A DNA stretch of 64,000 bases from a virus (lineage: Duplodnaviria > Heunggongvirae > Uroviricota > Caudoviricetes). Of the stretch, positions 10,195 through 19,318 are shown in pieces; the stretch's first letter is position 1; each line of letters starts with the position of its first letter. The translations under genes and the position numbers were made by a program. The notes under the pieces are model-generated. The model searched no databases. It had not been told where the DNA came from and was given only the letters and a program-made list of their open reading frames with translations. The stretch spans positions 31,580-95,579 of IMG/VR virus record IMGVR_UViG_3300042314_001251; one strand, 5' to 3'.

Positions 10195-10585
10195 TAAAAA
10201 ATATCCTGATAATATTGTCTTTAATGAAAAGACAGATAAATTTGATGCTAACCTAAAGCATTACCCAACAACGGTGGGTGCTCAAAAGTTTGAAATTTTA
10301 CAGATAGATAAATCAGATGCAATAAAGGCTGATAAATATTTTAATAAAAAATTAGAAGAATTAAAGGAAGAGTATGATAAGTTGCTGAATGAGTATGAGT
10401 CAACCAAGTTATTATACAACACCAAATATTCATTTCAACCTATATTAGGTGAGATTTATTATATCTATAAGAATAATAATGATGAAAACTTTTTAAGTAT
10501 CATAAAACCTAATGAATGGAATAAACCATGTTATGGTAGTTATAAACTAAATACTAATGGAACATGGGAAGAGATAGAGTATTAA
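10184..10585 (+). CDS. hypothetical protein (probable TTG start)
   Basis: No in-frame ATG near the 5' end; TTG at 10184 overlaps the upstream stop. Confidence 0.4.
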   Translation: MENNKKYPDNIVFNEKTDKFDANLKHYPTTVGAQKFEILQIDKSDAIKADKYFNKKLEELKEEYDKLLNEYESTKLLYNTKYSFQPILGEIYYIYKNNNDENFLSIIKPNEWNKPCYGSYKLNTNGTWEEIEY

Positions 10586-10592
10586 TAATAAT

Positions 10593-11183
10593 ATGAATAG
10601 AAATTTAACCCTACAAGAAAAAATAGTAAAATTAACCACAAATAGTTTTCATAACATAGATAATAACATAAGACAAGGTGAACAAATTACTCGTGAAAAC
10701 TATGAAACTTTAAGAGAACAAATAATTGGTCTTTTGGAATATCTTGAAAATGAAAAGGTATATGTTTTAGATTTACCAGGTAATATAATACCACACCCTG
10801 AAGCTAGAAGAAGGATGGTAGACCCTGAGTTAGCTAACACACCAACAACAAAAACTTTAGTAGTTGGTACTCAAAATTTTAATACTTTTTATGATTTAGT
10901 TATAAAAATAATGGAAGATTTAAGTAGTAATAAAGAAGTTTTTATATACACAATAGACACCGTTAGGATATTCAACCCGATAAATTTTGAACCTGATTAT
11001 AGATACATAGTTAGATATAGTACTATCGATATGGATTATTGGTATAACCCACAATACGTAGAACAAATAAATAACCCTATACAACCTGAACAATATTTTG
11101 AAAGGTATTCAAATACAAGAACAGATGAAAAATCTAATAAACCAAAATCTATTGGTGATAGTAAATTGATACACAAATTTTAA
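10593..11183 (+). CDS. hypothetical protein
   Basis: 196-aa ORF. Confidence 0.5.
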   Translation: MNRNLTLQEKIVKLTTNSFHNIDNNIRQGEQITRENYETLREQIIGLLEYLENEKVYVLDLPGNIIPHPEARRRMVDPELANTPTTKTLVVGTQNFNTFYDLVIKIMEDLSSNKEVFIYTIDTVRIFNPINFEPDYRYIVRYSTIDMDYWYNPQYVEQINNPIQPEQYFERYSNTRTDEKSNKPKSIGDSKLIHKF

Positions 11184-11773
11184 TGGAACTACCTAAAGAT
11201 TTAAAAGATGAAATATGGGAATACTGTAGATTAAACGATATAACCGATTTGAATGCTTTTATGGTTAGGATGTTAAAACAAGGTTACAATATTGAAAAAT
11301 ATGGTGCCACCCCTTTTAAAATGGGGCAAAAAGAACCTGAAATTATTGAAAAAGAAATCATCAGGGAAGTGATTGTAGAAAAAGAGGTGATTAAAGAGGT
11401 TATTGTCGAAAAAGAGAAGATTGTTGAGGTAATTAAAGAAGTCCCTGTTGAGGTTATAAAAGAAATAATCGTAGAAAAAATTGGTGGTATTACTGAAAAT
11501 AGAGTGGAAGTACCTGTTGAAGTAATAAAAGAAGTTATTAAAGAGGTTATAGTAGAAAAAATTGTTGAGGTGCCAATTAAAAACGATAAACAATTTAAAG
11601 AATTAGAACAACAAGTTGAAAACCTTAAAATAGAGTTAGAGTTGGAAAAAAATAGAAACTATAAACCAACTAAAACAGAAAAACCAAAAGAAGAAAATTC
11701 AAAAACACCAACTAGCAACGTTATTAGTTGGATATCCAAATCTGAAAGGGATACTGATTTATATGGAGAGTAA
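11183..11773 (+). CDS. tandem-repeat protein (VIKEVIVEKE-type decapeptide repeats)
   Basis: Repeated EVIKEVIVEKE / VEVIKEV units over aa 52-133. Confidence 0.5.
   Translation: MELPKDLKDEIWEYCRLNDITDLNAFMVRMLKQGYNIEKYGATPFKMGQKEPEIIEKEIIREVIVEKEVIKEVIVEKEKIVEVIKEVPVEVIKEIIVEKIGGITENRVEVPVEVIKEVIKEVIVEKIVEVPIKNDKQFKELEQQVENLKIELELEKNRNYKPTKTEKPKEENSKTPTSNVISWISKSERDTDLYGE
11336..11582 (+). repeat. in-frame tandem nucleotide repeats (~30 nt units) encoding the KEVIKEVIVEKE repeats
   Basis: Recurring gaagtgattgtagaaaaagag / gaggttattgtcgaaaaagag-like units. Confidence 0.6.
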
Positions 11774-11827
11774 ACAAGTCTTTATTTAATCAAAAATTTA
11801 AAGTATATTTTTATAAATTAAAGAAAT

Positions 11828-14206
11828 ATGGAAAACTTGGTAAAAGAAGTTAAAACTGTTGTGCCTGAAAAGGCTAAAATCAGAGTTATATGGGATGATA
11901 GTCCAGAAAATTACACCCAGGAACGTGCAAAAAGAATTGCTAAATACTTTACTGAGAAATATAACAACCCTAATGTACAGGTTATTTTTAAACCTAAAAA
12001 AGTACTCACTGAAAATGGTGAAGTAGAAATGACCGTTGCTGATAATGTAATGGATACTAATTATCAAAGAAAGTTATTTAAACAATGGATTACTGATAAT
12101 AAAGTAGATGTTGATTGGGATAGACTCTTACGTTTAGATGATAAAGTAAACGAAAAATTATCACAAGAAAGAGAAACAGATTATAGATATCGTAATTGGT
12201 ATATAAAGGAGTTAGAGTGGTCTAATTTCCTTTCTTATGGTGATGGTAATAAAATCTCTTTTAAAGAGTTAGAGGGTATTACAGTGATTACTTCAGACCC
12301 GTTAAATATGGGTGGTAAAACAACTCTTGCTTTAGATTTACTTTTATTCCTTTTCTTTAATACCACCACAAAAGGTAGTACCGCAATTAAAATGTTTAAT
12401 CTTTTTAGAGAAGATAAAAATGAAGTAGTTGTTAAGGGTAAAGTTGCTATTGATGGTGTAGATTATATCATCGAGAGAACTGTTGTACGTAAAGCTAAAA
12501 GGACTGGTGATGAGTATACCACTAGAACAGACTTATCTTTCTATAGAACCTTACCTGATGGTAGTATTGAAAACTTAGAAGGTGAACAAAGAAGAGAAAC
12601 AGAAGAATTTATAAAAAAATCGGTTGGTTCAGTGAATGATTTTTTATTAACAATTATTGCTGATGCCGACAATCTTGAGGACATCATTCACACCAAACCG
12701 ACTGAAAAAGGGCGAATCCTATCTAGATTTATTGGATTAGAAGTTATTGAAGACAAAGAAACTATTGTCAAAGAAATGAAATCTAATTGGTCAAAAGGAT
12801 TAAAATCAGACCAATACAATATTACAGACTTAAATTCTGAGATTGGTGAACTAAAAAGTTTAATTTCTGAAAATGAAAACTCGATTAAAGAAAATGAATT
12901 AGAAATTAAATCCCTAGAACTTAATATTGAGTCTTCCACAGTCAAAAAAGAAAATTTAATTGGTAAAAAAATAGAGATAGATTCTGATGTTATTAATTTA
13001 AGACCCGAAGATATTGATAATGAAATTGATAGAATCGAATTGTACGGTAAGAAGAAAAAGAGTGAGTATGAGGATACTAAAAAATCTTTTGATTCTATGA
13101 CAGAACCAGTTTATGATGAAGATTTACATGAGGAATATGTAAAACAAGAACGAGGATTTAGTTTAGAAGTAGAGAGAGCTAAATCTAAAATAAAGGAAAC
13201 TCAAAAAACAATTAAAAATTTAGAAGAGGGTGAGTTCTGTTCTTTATGTAAACAACCTTTAGCTGATGTAGACCATTCAGATGAAATTGAGGAAAATAAA
13301 GTATTATTAGATACTTTGGGTAGTGATTTATTGTCTTTATCCGAAAAATTAGTTGAGATTACAAATCTAGTTAAAGAACAAGATAACATTAAATCTTCTG
13401 TTTGGGAATACGATAGAACTTCTTTAACGGTTTCTAAACTAGAATTGGATTTAGAAAAATTAAGATTAGAAAGAAAAGAAAAATTAGACCTTAAAAAACG
13501 TTATGAAGATAATCTAGACAATATCCAAAAAAATAAAGATTTGGAGAGTCAGATAATAGGTTATAATTCTAAAATAAGTGGATTAGAATTGGAAAAAACT
13601 AATAAAATTAAATTAGGTGAAAGATTATCTAATGAAATTGAAACTTATAAAACAAAGATAAATAAGAACGAGGAATACATTAAAACTATTAAAGCAGAAG
13701 AAGAAATTAAAATAATTTTTGATGTTTATGCTAGAATGGTTGGTAAAAATGGTATCCTTAAAATAATAATGAGAAGTGTTATGCCTTTAATTAACTCAGA
13801 ATTGGATAGATTACTAGTAGATACGGCATCATTTAAATTAGAAGTGGATATTAACGATAAGAAAGAAGTTGAATTTTTAATAGTAAAAGAAAACGAAAAA
13901 GGTGAGGCTATCAAATACCCTATTAATGAAGGTAGTGGATTTGAAAAAACAGTGTCATCATTAGCTTTACGTTGTGTAATGTCAAAAGTCAGTTGTCTAC
14001 CAAAACCTAACATAATTGTTTTTGATGAGGTTTTTGGAAAGGTTGCTAACACTAATTTAGAGTTAGTTGGAAACTTCTTTCAGAAATGTTCAGAAATGTT
14101 CCCTAACATTTTTATTATAACACATAATGAAATTGTTAAAGATTGGGCGACTAAAATAATAACAATTAAAAAGAAAAATAACATATCATCATTAATGGTA
14201 CAATAA
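11828..14206 (+). CDS. sbcC: Rad50/SbcC-like SMC-family ATPase (partner of the Mre11-like nuclease)
   Basis: Walker A NMGGKTT; long coiled-coil with CSLCKQP zinc hook (CxxC); C-terminal SGFEK signature-like motif and Walker B IIVFDEVF. Confidence 0.75.
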   Translation: MENLVKEVKTVVPEKAKIRVIWDDSPENYTQERAKRIAKYFTEKYNNPNVQVIFKPKKVLTENGEVEMTVADNVMDTNYQRKLFKQWITDNKVDVDWDRLLRLDDKVNEKLSQERETDYRYRNWYIKELEWSNFLSYGDGNKISFKELEGITVITSDPLNMGGKTTLALDLLLFLFFNTTTKGSTAIKMFNLFREDKNEVVVKGKVAIDGVDYIIERTVVRKAKRTGDEYTTRTDLSFYRTLPDGSIENLEGEQRRETEEFIKKSVGSVNDFLLTIIADADNLEDIIHTKPTEKGRILSRFIGLEVIEDKETIVKEMKSNWSKGLKSDQYNITDLNSEIGELKSLISENENSIKENELEIKSLELNIESSTVKKENLIGKKIEIDSDVINLRPEDIDNEIDRIELYGKKKKSEYEDTKKSFDSMTEPVYDEDLHEEYVKQERGFSLEVERAKSKIKETQKTIKNLEEGEFCSLCKQPLADVDHSDEIEENKVLLDTLGSDLLSLSEKLVEITNLVKEQDNIKSSVWEYDRTSLTVSKLELDLEKLRLERKEKLDLKKRYEDNLDNIQKNKDLESQIIGYNSKISGLELEKTNKIKLGERLSNEIETYKTKINKNEEYIKTIKAEEEIKIIFDVYARMVGKNGILKIIMRSVMPLINSELDRLLVDTASFKLEVDINDKKEVEFLIVKENEKGEAIKYPINEGSGFEKTVSSLALRCVMSKVSCLPKPNIIVFDEVFGKVANTNLELVGNFFQKCSEMFPNIFIITHNEIVKDWATKIITIKKKNNISSLMVQ

Positions 14207-14214
14207 TTTTTTAG

Positions 14215-14222
14215 TATCTTTG
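14215..14222 (+). promoter_or_regulatory. -7-like box TAtcTTTG, 30 nt upstream of ATG 14252
   Basis: Exact TAnnTTTG. Confidence 0.35.
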
Positions 14223-14251
14223 TTGGTATATATTTATAAATAAAAGAAGTT

Positions 14252-14701
14252 ATGGATGCAAGATATATGATTGTTATCCTAGGTTCCTATAAAGGAATTG
14301 AGGAAGATTTAAACAACATAGCTAACGGTGAGGATGGTGTTAATTATGTCGATGGTAACGGTATATTTATGGGTACTTTTTATAGTGTTTATAATACTAT
14401 AGAGATATACGAAAACTTAGTTCATATACCAGCTTTTTTATTGTTTGAGATATCTGACCCCTCACATAGTGCTATAAGTCTACCAACGAAATATCTAAAG
14501 GGTTTGTTTCCTGAGATTGAAAAAACGTTAAACGAACTTACAGGTGAACCTAAAGTCAAAACTAGAAGAAAAGGTAAGAAAAAGGTTGAGGTTGAGGAAT
14601 ACAATAATGTTGATGATATTTTGGATAAACTTAGTAGAAACAACTATGATAGAGGCTGTTTGACAGAGAGTGAAATTGAAATTTTAGAAAAAAGTTCTTA
14701 A
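14252..14701 (+). CDS. hypothetical protein
   Basis: 149-aa ORF. Confidence 0.5.
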   Translation: MDARYMIVILGSYKGIEEDLNNIANGEDGVNYVDGNGIFMGTFYSVYNTIEIYENLVHIPAFLLFEISDPSHSAISLPTKYLKGLFPEIEKTLNELTGEPKVKTRRKGKKKVEVEEYNNVDDILDKLSRNNYDRGCLTESEIEILEKSS

Positions 14702-14728
14702 TTTTTTGATTTTTAAAAAAGTATTCAT

Positions 14729-14736
14729 TATATTTG
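14729..14736 (+). promoter_or_regulatory. -7 box TAtaTTTG, 10 nt upstream of ATG 14747
   Basis: Exact TAnnTTTG. Confidence 0.5.
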
Positions 14737-14746
14737 TAAAAAAATT

Positions 14747-14941
14747 ATGAATATGGAAAGTAAGGAATTAAAAAATGAAATGAATAAATTACGTCAAGTA
14801 AAAGACGTAGTTTTCAAAAATGAGGTTAACAATAATTGTGTTTCTACTCTCAGTGAGATTGAAAAATTAATCAAAAAATACCCTAACGATTACGACTTGG
14901 GTCAAAATTTAAGAAAATTTTATTTGGAATCGATTAAATAA
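14747..14941 (+). CDS. hypothetical small protein
   Basis: 64-aa ORF. Confidence 0.45.
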   Translation: MNMESKELKNEMNKLRQVKDVVFKNEVNNNCVSTLSEIEKLIKKYPNDYDLGQNLRKFYLESIK

Positions 14942-14945
14942 TTAT

Positions 14946-14953
14946 TATCTTTG
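14946..14953 (+). promoter_or_regulatory. -7 box TAtcTTTG, 6 nt upstream of ATG 14960
   Basis: Exact TAnnTTTG. Confidence 0.5.
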
Positions 14954-14959
14954 TATTTA

Positions 14960-15373
14960 ATGGATAGGGAAAAATACACTAAGATATTAAAAACGGGTGA
15001 ACGGGTAGATTGGCACGGCGCTAATGTGCCCAATGAACTAATAACTAGTTCAGTTAGACTTTGGTCTGACGCGTTATCACATGAAATAGACAAAATTGAG
15101 AGTGAGTTAGACGACTTAAAAGGTGTTTCTTTAGATAAACGTAAAGCTTATTTACAATCATTAAAAAACAATTTAAAAGATTGTCCTTATACTTTGAATG
15201 GTGATTTCTACCTCATCAAAAAAAGAGCTATTGAGAAAGAAATGGCTGAAGATAAAAAAGTAGAGAAACCTAAAAAAACAAAAGAAAAGGTAGTTAAAGA
15301 GACAACCAAAAAAGAAATAGTTAGTTCTAGAACTAAAAACAGTGATTTAATATTCGGTAAAAAAACAAAATAA
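14960..15373 (+). CDS. hypothetical protein with Lys-rich C-terminal tail (histone-like basic tail?)
   Basis: ORF track start 14951 is TTG; first ATG at 14960; C-terminus KKVEKPKKTKEKVVKETTKKE. Confidence 0.5.
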   Translation: MDREKYTKILKTGERVDWHGANVPNELITSSVRLWSDALSHEIDKIESELDDLKGVSLDKRKAYLQSLKNNLKDCPYTLNGDFYLIKKRAIEKEMAEDKKVEKPKKTKEKVVKETTKKEIVSSRTKNSDLIFGKKTK

Positions 15374-15377
15374 ATAT

Positions 15378-16193
15378 ATGGTATCATACAAACGTTACAT
15401 TGACACAACAGAGGACTCTATTTCTAACTATTTAAAAGAGGTTAGAAAGATTGATTTGGTAACACCCGAAGAAGAGTTGGAGTTAGCTAAAAAAATTGCT
15501 GAGGGGGACAAAAGGGCATTAGATAAATTGGTTAAAGCTAATCTTAGATTTGTTATCTCAATAGCTAAAGAATATCAAGGACAAGGGATTCCTTTGGTAG
15601 ATTTGATTTCTGAAGGTAACTACGGATTGATAAAAGCTGCAGGTAAATTTGACCATACAAGAGGTTTTAGGTTTATTTCTTATGCTGTTTGGTGGGTTAA
15701 GCAATCGATTCTACAATCTTTGTGTGAAAATTCAAGAACAGTAAGACTTCCTGTTAATATCACAAACCAGTTATCAAAAATTAAAAAAGAGATTGCTGTC
15801 TTCGAACAAGAAAATCAAAGAATGCCAATCAACGGTGAGATGGATTTATCTGTACTAAATCACCCTACATGTACTTCATTGAATGATAAAATAAATGAAG
15901 AAGGTGATGAGATTATGGACTTAATTCCTGATTTAACATTTGCTAGACCTGACGAGGACACTATGTCTGATGAAATCTTAAAAAACGAATTGGAAAAAAC
16001 TTTATCAATTTTAAGTGATAGAGAAAGAAAAATTGTTGACATGTATTTTGGTGTTGATGGTGGTGCTTTAACTCTTGAACAAATTGGTGATGAGTTTGGT
16101 CTTACAAAAGAACGTATTCGTCAGATTAAAGAAAAGGCTTTAAGAAAGTTGAAGAATAATAGTGAAAATCTTTTTGAATTTGTACAAAAGTAA
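15378..16193 (+). CDS. sigma-70 family RNA polymerase sigma factor (regions 2-4)
   Basis: Region 2: LVKANLRFVISIAKEY..GLIKAAGKFD..GFRFISYAVWWVKQSI; region 4 HTH: LEQIGDEFGLTKERIRQIKEKALRKL. Confidence 0.8.
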   Translation: MVSYKRYIDTTEDSISNYLKEVRKIDLVTPEEELELAKKIAEGDKRALDKLVKANLRFVISIAKEYQGQGIPLVDLISEGNYGLIKAAGKFDHTRGFRFISYAVWWVKQSILQSLCENSRTVRLPVNITNQLSKIKKEIAVFEQENQRMPINGEMDLSVLNHPTCTSLNDKINEEGDEIMDLIPDLTFARPDEDTMSDEILKNELEKTLSILSDRERKIVDMYFGVDGGALTLEQIGDEFGLTKERIRQIKEKALRKLKNNSENLFEFVQK

Positions 16194-16918
16194 TGAAAAT
16201 AGTTGTTTTTACAGGGGCAGGAGTTTCTAAGGAATCAGGTATTGATACATTCAGAGATGCTGGTGGTACATGGGAAAATGAAGATGTTGAAGCTGTTGCC
16301 ACACCTGAAGGTTGGAGAAAAGACAGAGAAAGAGTATTGGATTTTTACAACAAAAGAAGGCAACAGTTACTTGGTGTCGAACCCAATGAGGCACATAAAC
16401 TTATTGCTGAATTAGAAAAAGAACATGAGGTAACCGTTATCACACAAAATGTAGATAATTTACATGAACGTGGGGGTTCTACAAACATCTTACATTTACA
16501 TGGTGAGTTAACTAAAGCACAGAGTAGTTTAAACCATAAGAAAGTTATTGATGTTGGTTATAAACCAACTAATATTGGTGACAAACATGAAGACGGTTCA
16601 CAATTAAGACCACACATTGTTTGGTTTAATGAGTACCCCAATAATATAAATGAATCTGTAATAGCTCTTAGAAATTGTGATGTTTTATTAGTTATTGGCA
16701 CCACATTATTTATAAGTTATACACTTGGTCTATTGAGGTCTTGTAAAGATTTACATAACCCTAATATGGGGGTGATAGACGTTGTTTGCATCGACCCCAA
16801 CCCTCCTAAAGGTGAACTAGATGGTATGTTTAGAGATGTTAATTATATTGAAAAACCTGCCACTGAGGGTATGAAAGAATTTATTGAAAATTATTTGCCT
16901 AAATTTATTGCTAATTAA
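16193..16918 (+). CDS. Sir2-family NAD-dependent deacylase/ADP-ribosyltransferase, lacking the Cys4 zinc ribbon
   Basis: GAGVSKESGIDTFRD (NAD-binding), QNVDNLHERGG, catalytic His in HLHGEL; no CxxC pairs where the Zn module normally sits; ATGA overlap with the sigma gene. Confidence 0.7.
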   Translation: MKIVVFTGAGVSKESGIDTFRDAGGTWENEDVEAVATPEGWRKDRERVLDFYNKRRQQLLGVEPNEAHKLIAELEKEHEVTVITQNVDNLHERGGSTNILHLHGELTKAQSSLNHKKVIDVGYKPTNIGDKHEDGSQLRPHIVWFNEYPNNINESVIALRNCDVLLVIGTTLFISYTLGLLRSCKDLHNPNMGVIDVVCIDPNPPKGELDGMFRDVNYIEKPATEGMKEFIENYLPKFIAN

Positions 16919-16929
16919 AATAATACCCT

Positions 16930-16937
16930 TATATTTG
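16930..16937 (+). promoter_or_regulatory. -7 box TtatatTTG (TAnnTTTG) upstream of a short non-coding stretch that ends at a terminator
   Basis: Exact TAnnTTTG at 16930-16937. Confidence 0.4.
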
Positions 16938-16944
16938 TATTATA

Positions 16945-17023
16945 GATAAGGAAATAAATTAAATGTTCTTATTGTCAGAATACATTAAGAACAGCCACGG
17001 TCAGAACACCGTGGTTTTTTTTT
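16945..17023 (+). ncRNA. candidate small RNA (~75 nt): promoter box, then hairpin GTTCTTA..TAAGAAC, then terminator hairpin
   Basis: Two consecutive hairpins (16964-16991; 16995-17014) then T9 run; no ORF of meaningful length (a 37-codon ORF ends inside the terminator). Confidence 0.35.
16995..17023 (+). terminator. intrinsic terminator (CCACGG-loop-CCGTGG + T9)
   Basis: 6-bp GC stem, 8-nt loop, nine T's. Confidence 0.7.
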
Positions 17024-17076
17024 GCATAAAATTTTTTTTATACTTTATTCTTGCATATTTATTAATAAAAAAGTAA

Positions 17077-17499
17077 ATGAGTGTAAAGTATATTATCGAC
17101 AACGCCGACAGTTTATTATCAGAACAAATAATAACGGGTGATTTATTAGTGACTAACATAATATCAGGAGCAACCTTTTATGGTGATGGTTCTGGTTTAA
17201 TTGGTGTTAGTGGTTCTTTTACTGGTGGTACTGTAACAGGACCTACTGAGTTTACAAGTGGTTTATCAGCTGACACAATTTACGCCAATTATTTTATTGG
17301 GGACGGTTCTCAGTTAGCTGGGGTAGTTGGTCTTACTTATACCGATTTAGGGTTTACAGTAACATCACCGGCACCCTCAACTATAAATCAAAATGTAGTT
17401 TTACCTTATAATTCAACAGTAACTTATCCAACACCTTTAACAGTTGACCCAGGTTTTTCTGTTACAGTACCATCTGGAACAACATTATCAGTAATCTAA
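17077..17499 (+). CDS. tail-fibre-like protein (N-terminal domain paralogous to 18315..18806)
   Basis: YIIDNADSLLSEQIITGDLLVTNIISGATFYGDGSGL vs YIINNNDGLLSGQTISGDLTVTNSLSATTYYGDGSGL in 18315. Confidence 0.5.
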   Translation: MSVKYIIDNADSLLSEQIITGDLLVTNIISGATFYGDGSGLIGVSGSFTGGTVTGPTEFTSGLSADTIYANYFIGDGSQLAGVVGLTYTDLGFTVTSPAPSTINQNVVLPYNSTVTYPTPLTVDPGFSVTVPSGTTLSVI

Positions 17500-17544
17500 T
17501 ATATAAAATAATAATAAAATAATAATAAAATAAAAAAAAACAAA

Positions 17545-18291
17545 ATGAGTCAAATTAATGTAAATACAATAAATTCAGCTGGAGACCCAAGTATATCAAT
17601 AAGTGTTCCGTTTAGATATTCATCATCAGTAGCTACAGGTGGTAGTTCTTCAGCTATAGGAAGTTCTGTTACAGCAACAGGTTCTGGTTCACATGCTGAA
17701 GGATGGCAAACTTTAGCTTCAGGAAATTTTGGTTCACATGCTGAGGGGTATCAAACTTCAGCAACAACACAATCATCACACACTGAGGGTTCACAAACTT
17801 TAGCTTCAGGAAATAACGCACACGCTGAAGGGGAACAAACTATAGCTTCTGGTGCTTCTTCACACGCTGAAGGGGAGGATAGTGTAGCTTCAGGTACTTC
17901 TTCACACGCTGAAGGTAAAACTACAATAGCATCGGGAAATTATTCACATTCACAAGGATACCAAACAACAGCGGGAGGTGATTACTCACACGCGAGTGGT
18001 TCTGCTACTATTGCTAGTAATACATCTTCATTTATTCATTGTAATTCTGGTACTGTTGATGCTATTGCTGGAGCCGTTTTGGGTGGTACAAGTAATATTT
18101 TAACTAATACAGCTACAAATAGTGCTATTATAGGTGGTAATAATATTACAGGGTCAACATCAAACACAGTTTATGTACCAGAACTAGAAGTGACATCAGT
18201 TGGTTTTGGTATAATATTACAATCTTCTAATGGTACTAGATATAGAGTAACAGTATCGAATGGTGGTGCATTGACTGTAACAGCAGCATAA
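17545..18291 (+). CDS. fibre/adhesin-like protein with SHAEG-type tandem repeats
   Basis: About 9 repeats of GS/SSHAEG(x)QT(L/I)ASG, Ser/Gly/Thr-rich. Confidence 0.55.
   Translation: MSQINVNTINSAGDPSISISVPFRYSSSVATGGSSSAIGSSVTATGSGSHAEGWQTLASGNFGSHAEGYQTSATTQSSHTEGSQTLASGNNAHAEGEQTIASGASSHAEGEDSVASGTSSHAEGKTTIASGNYSHSQGYQTTAGGDYSHASGSATIASNTSSFIHCNSGTVDAIAGAVLGGTSNILTNTATNSAIIGGNNITGSTSNTVYVPELEVTSVGFGIILQSSNGTRYRVTVSNGGALTVTAA
17680..18010 (+). repeat. in-frame tandem repeats (~36-nt units) encoding the SHAEG..ASG repeats
   Basis: Recurring tcacatgctgaagg / tcacacgctgaagg units. Confidence 0.55.
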
Positions 18292-18314
18292 AATTTATTA
18301 ATAAAAAGAAAATT

Positions 18315-18806
18315 ATGTCTACACAATACATTATTAATAATAACGACGGTCTATTATCTGGACAAACAATTAGTGGAGATTTAACGGTAACTAATTCTTT
18401 ATCAGCCACAACATATTATGGTGATGGTTCTGGTTTAAGTAACATAGGAGTTAGCCAACCTTATAAAGTTTATACGGCTTTATTAAATCAGGGTGGTGTT
18501 GGTATTGCTCCGACAGCTAGGGTATTAGAGAATACTTTAGGTGTTATAACTTGGGAGTATATCGATGCAGGTATATATTATGGGACATTAACTAGTGCTT
18601 TTACACCTTCTAGTAGTGCTTTTACTTATGACAAAACAGTTGTGTTTGTACAAAGGTATCTATCTCTTTCTGCCGCAGGAGGTGGTAAAGATGTTGTTGC
18701 GTATAGGGGCAGTGATGAGAGTATTACTGTTGTAACAATGGACAATGTTGATTACATTAATAATGTTTTATATGAACAAGGAATAGAAATAAGGTTGTAT
18801 GATTAA
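18315..18806 (+). CDS. tail-fibre-like protein (paralogous N-terminus)
   Basis: See 17077; 163 aa. Confidence 0.5.
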   Translation: MSTQYIINNNDGLLSGQTISGDLTVTNSLSATTYYGDGSGLSNIGVSQPYKVYTALLNQGGVGIAPTARVLENTLGVITWEYIDAGIYYGTLTSAFTPSSSAFTYDKTVVFVQRYLSLSAAGGGKDVVAYRGSDESITVVTMDNVDYINNVLYEQGIEIRLYD

Positions 18807-18821
18807 AATATAAAAAAACCA

Positions 18822-18854
18822 CAATTAATGTTGTGGTTTTTTTTATTATGGAAC
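18822..18854. terminator. bidirectional intrinsic terminator (A-run, CCACAA-loop-TTGTGG, T-run) between convergent genes
   Basis: 6-bp stem flanked by A7 upstream and T8 downstream; overlaps the stop of the minus-strand gene 18846..19241. Confidence 0.65.
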
Positions 18855-19241
18855 AAATATTTGTAATTGTCCAGCACTTACAGTAAAATCAGGTTTTTTC
18901 ATCACGGTGATTGTGACCAGATTCCAATGATTTGTTTCTAATTTTTCAGGATTAATAATAACATTTAAATTATCACCACCTTCTCTTGAAACTATAAATC
19001 TTCTATTAGGTCTTATTTCATTATCTATAATACTATAAATTATTTCATCTTTAGCATCCTCAAGTAGGTTAATAATGTCATAATCATATATTTTTTCACC
19101 ACTCCCGTGTCTCCATTTTCTTTGTGCTGTATGACCACCTGTATCATGATATAAGTCAAAAGTAAAAGTAATTTCACTACTTAACTCATGAAATTTTTCT
19201 TCCCTTAAGATAGTTTCTTTTATTAAAGATTTAATATTCAT
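18846..19241 (-). CDS. hypothetical protein
   Basis: 131-aa ORF on the minus strand, convergent with the fibre operon. Confidence 0.5.
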   Translation of the reverse strand: MNIKSLIKETILREEKFHELSSEITFTFDLYHDTGGHTAQRKWRHGSGEKIYDYDIINLLEDAKDEIIYSIIDNEIRPNRRFIVSREGGDNLNVIINPEKLETNHWNLVTITVMKKPDFTVSAGQLQIFVP

Positions 19242-19318
19242 ATTTTATAAATATTTATATAAGTATTAAACGATATACTTTTAAAATAAAATTAATTAAA
19301 ATTAAAAATAAAAAGGCT

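Noticed and set aside
11336-11582. Possible CRISPR array (regular ~30-nt repeats)
   Set aside because: The repeats are in-frame and imperfect, and they encode a decapeptide-repeat protein. There are no unique spacers and no leader. No CRISPR array was found anywhere in the window.
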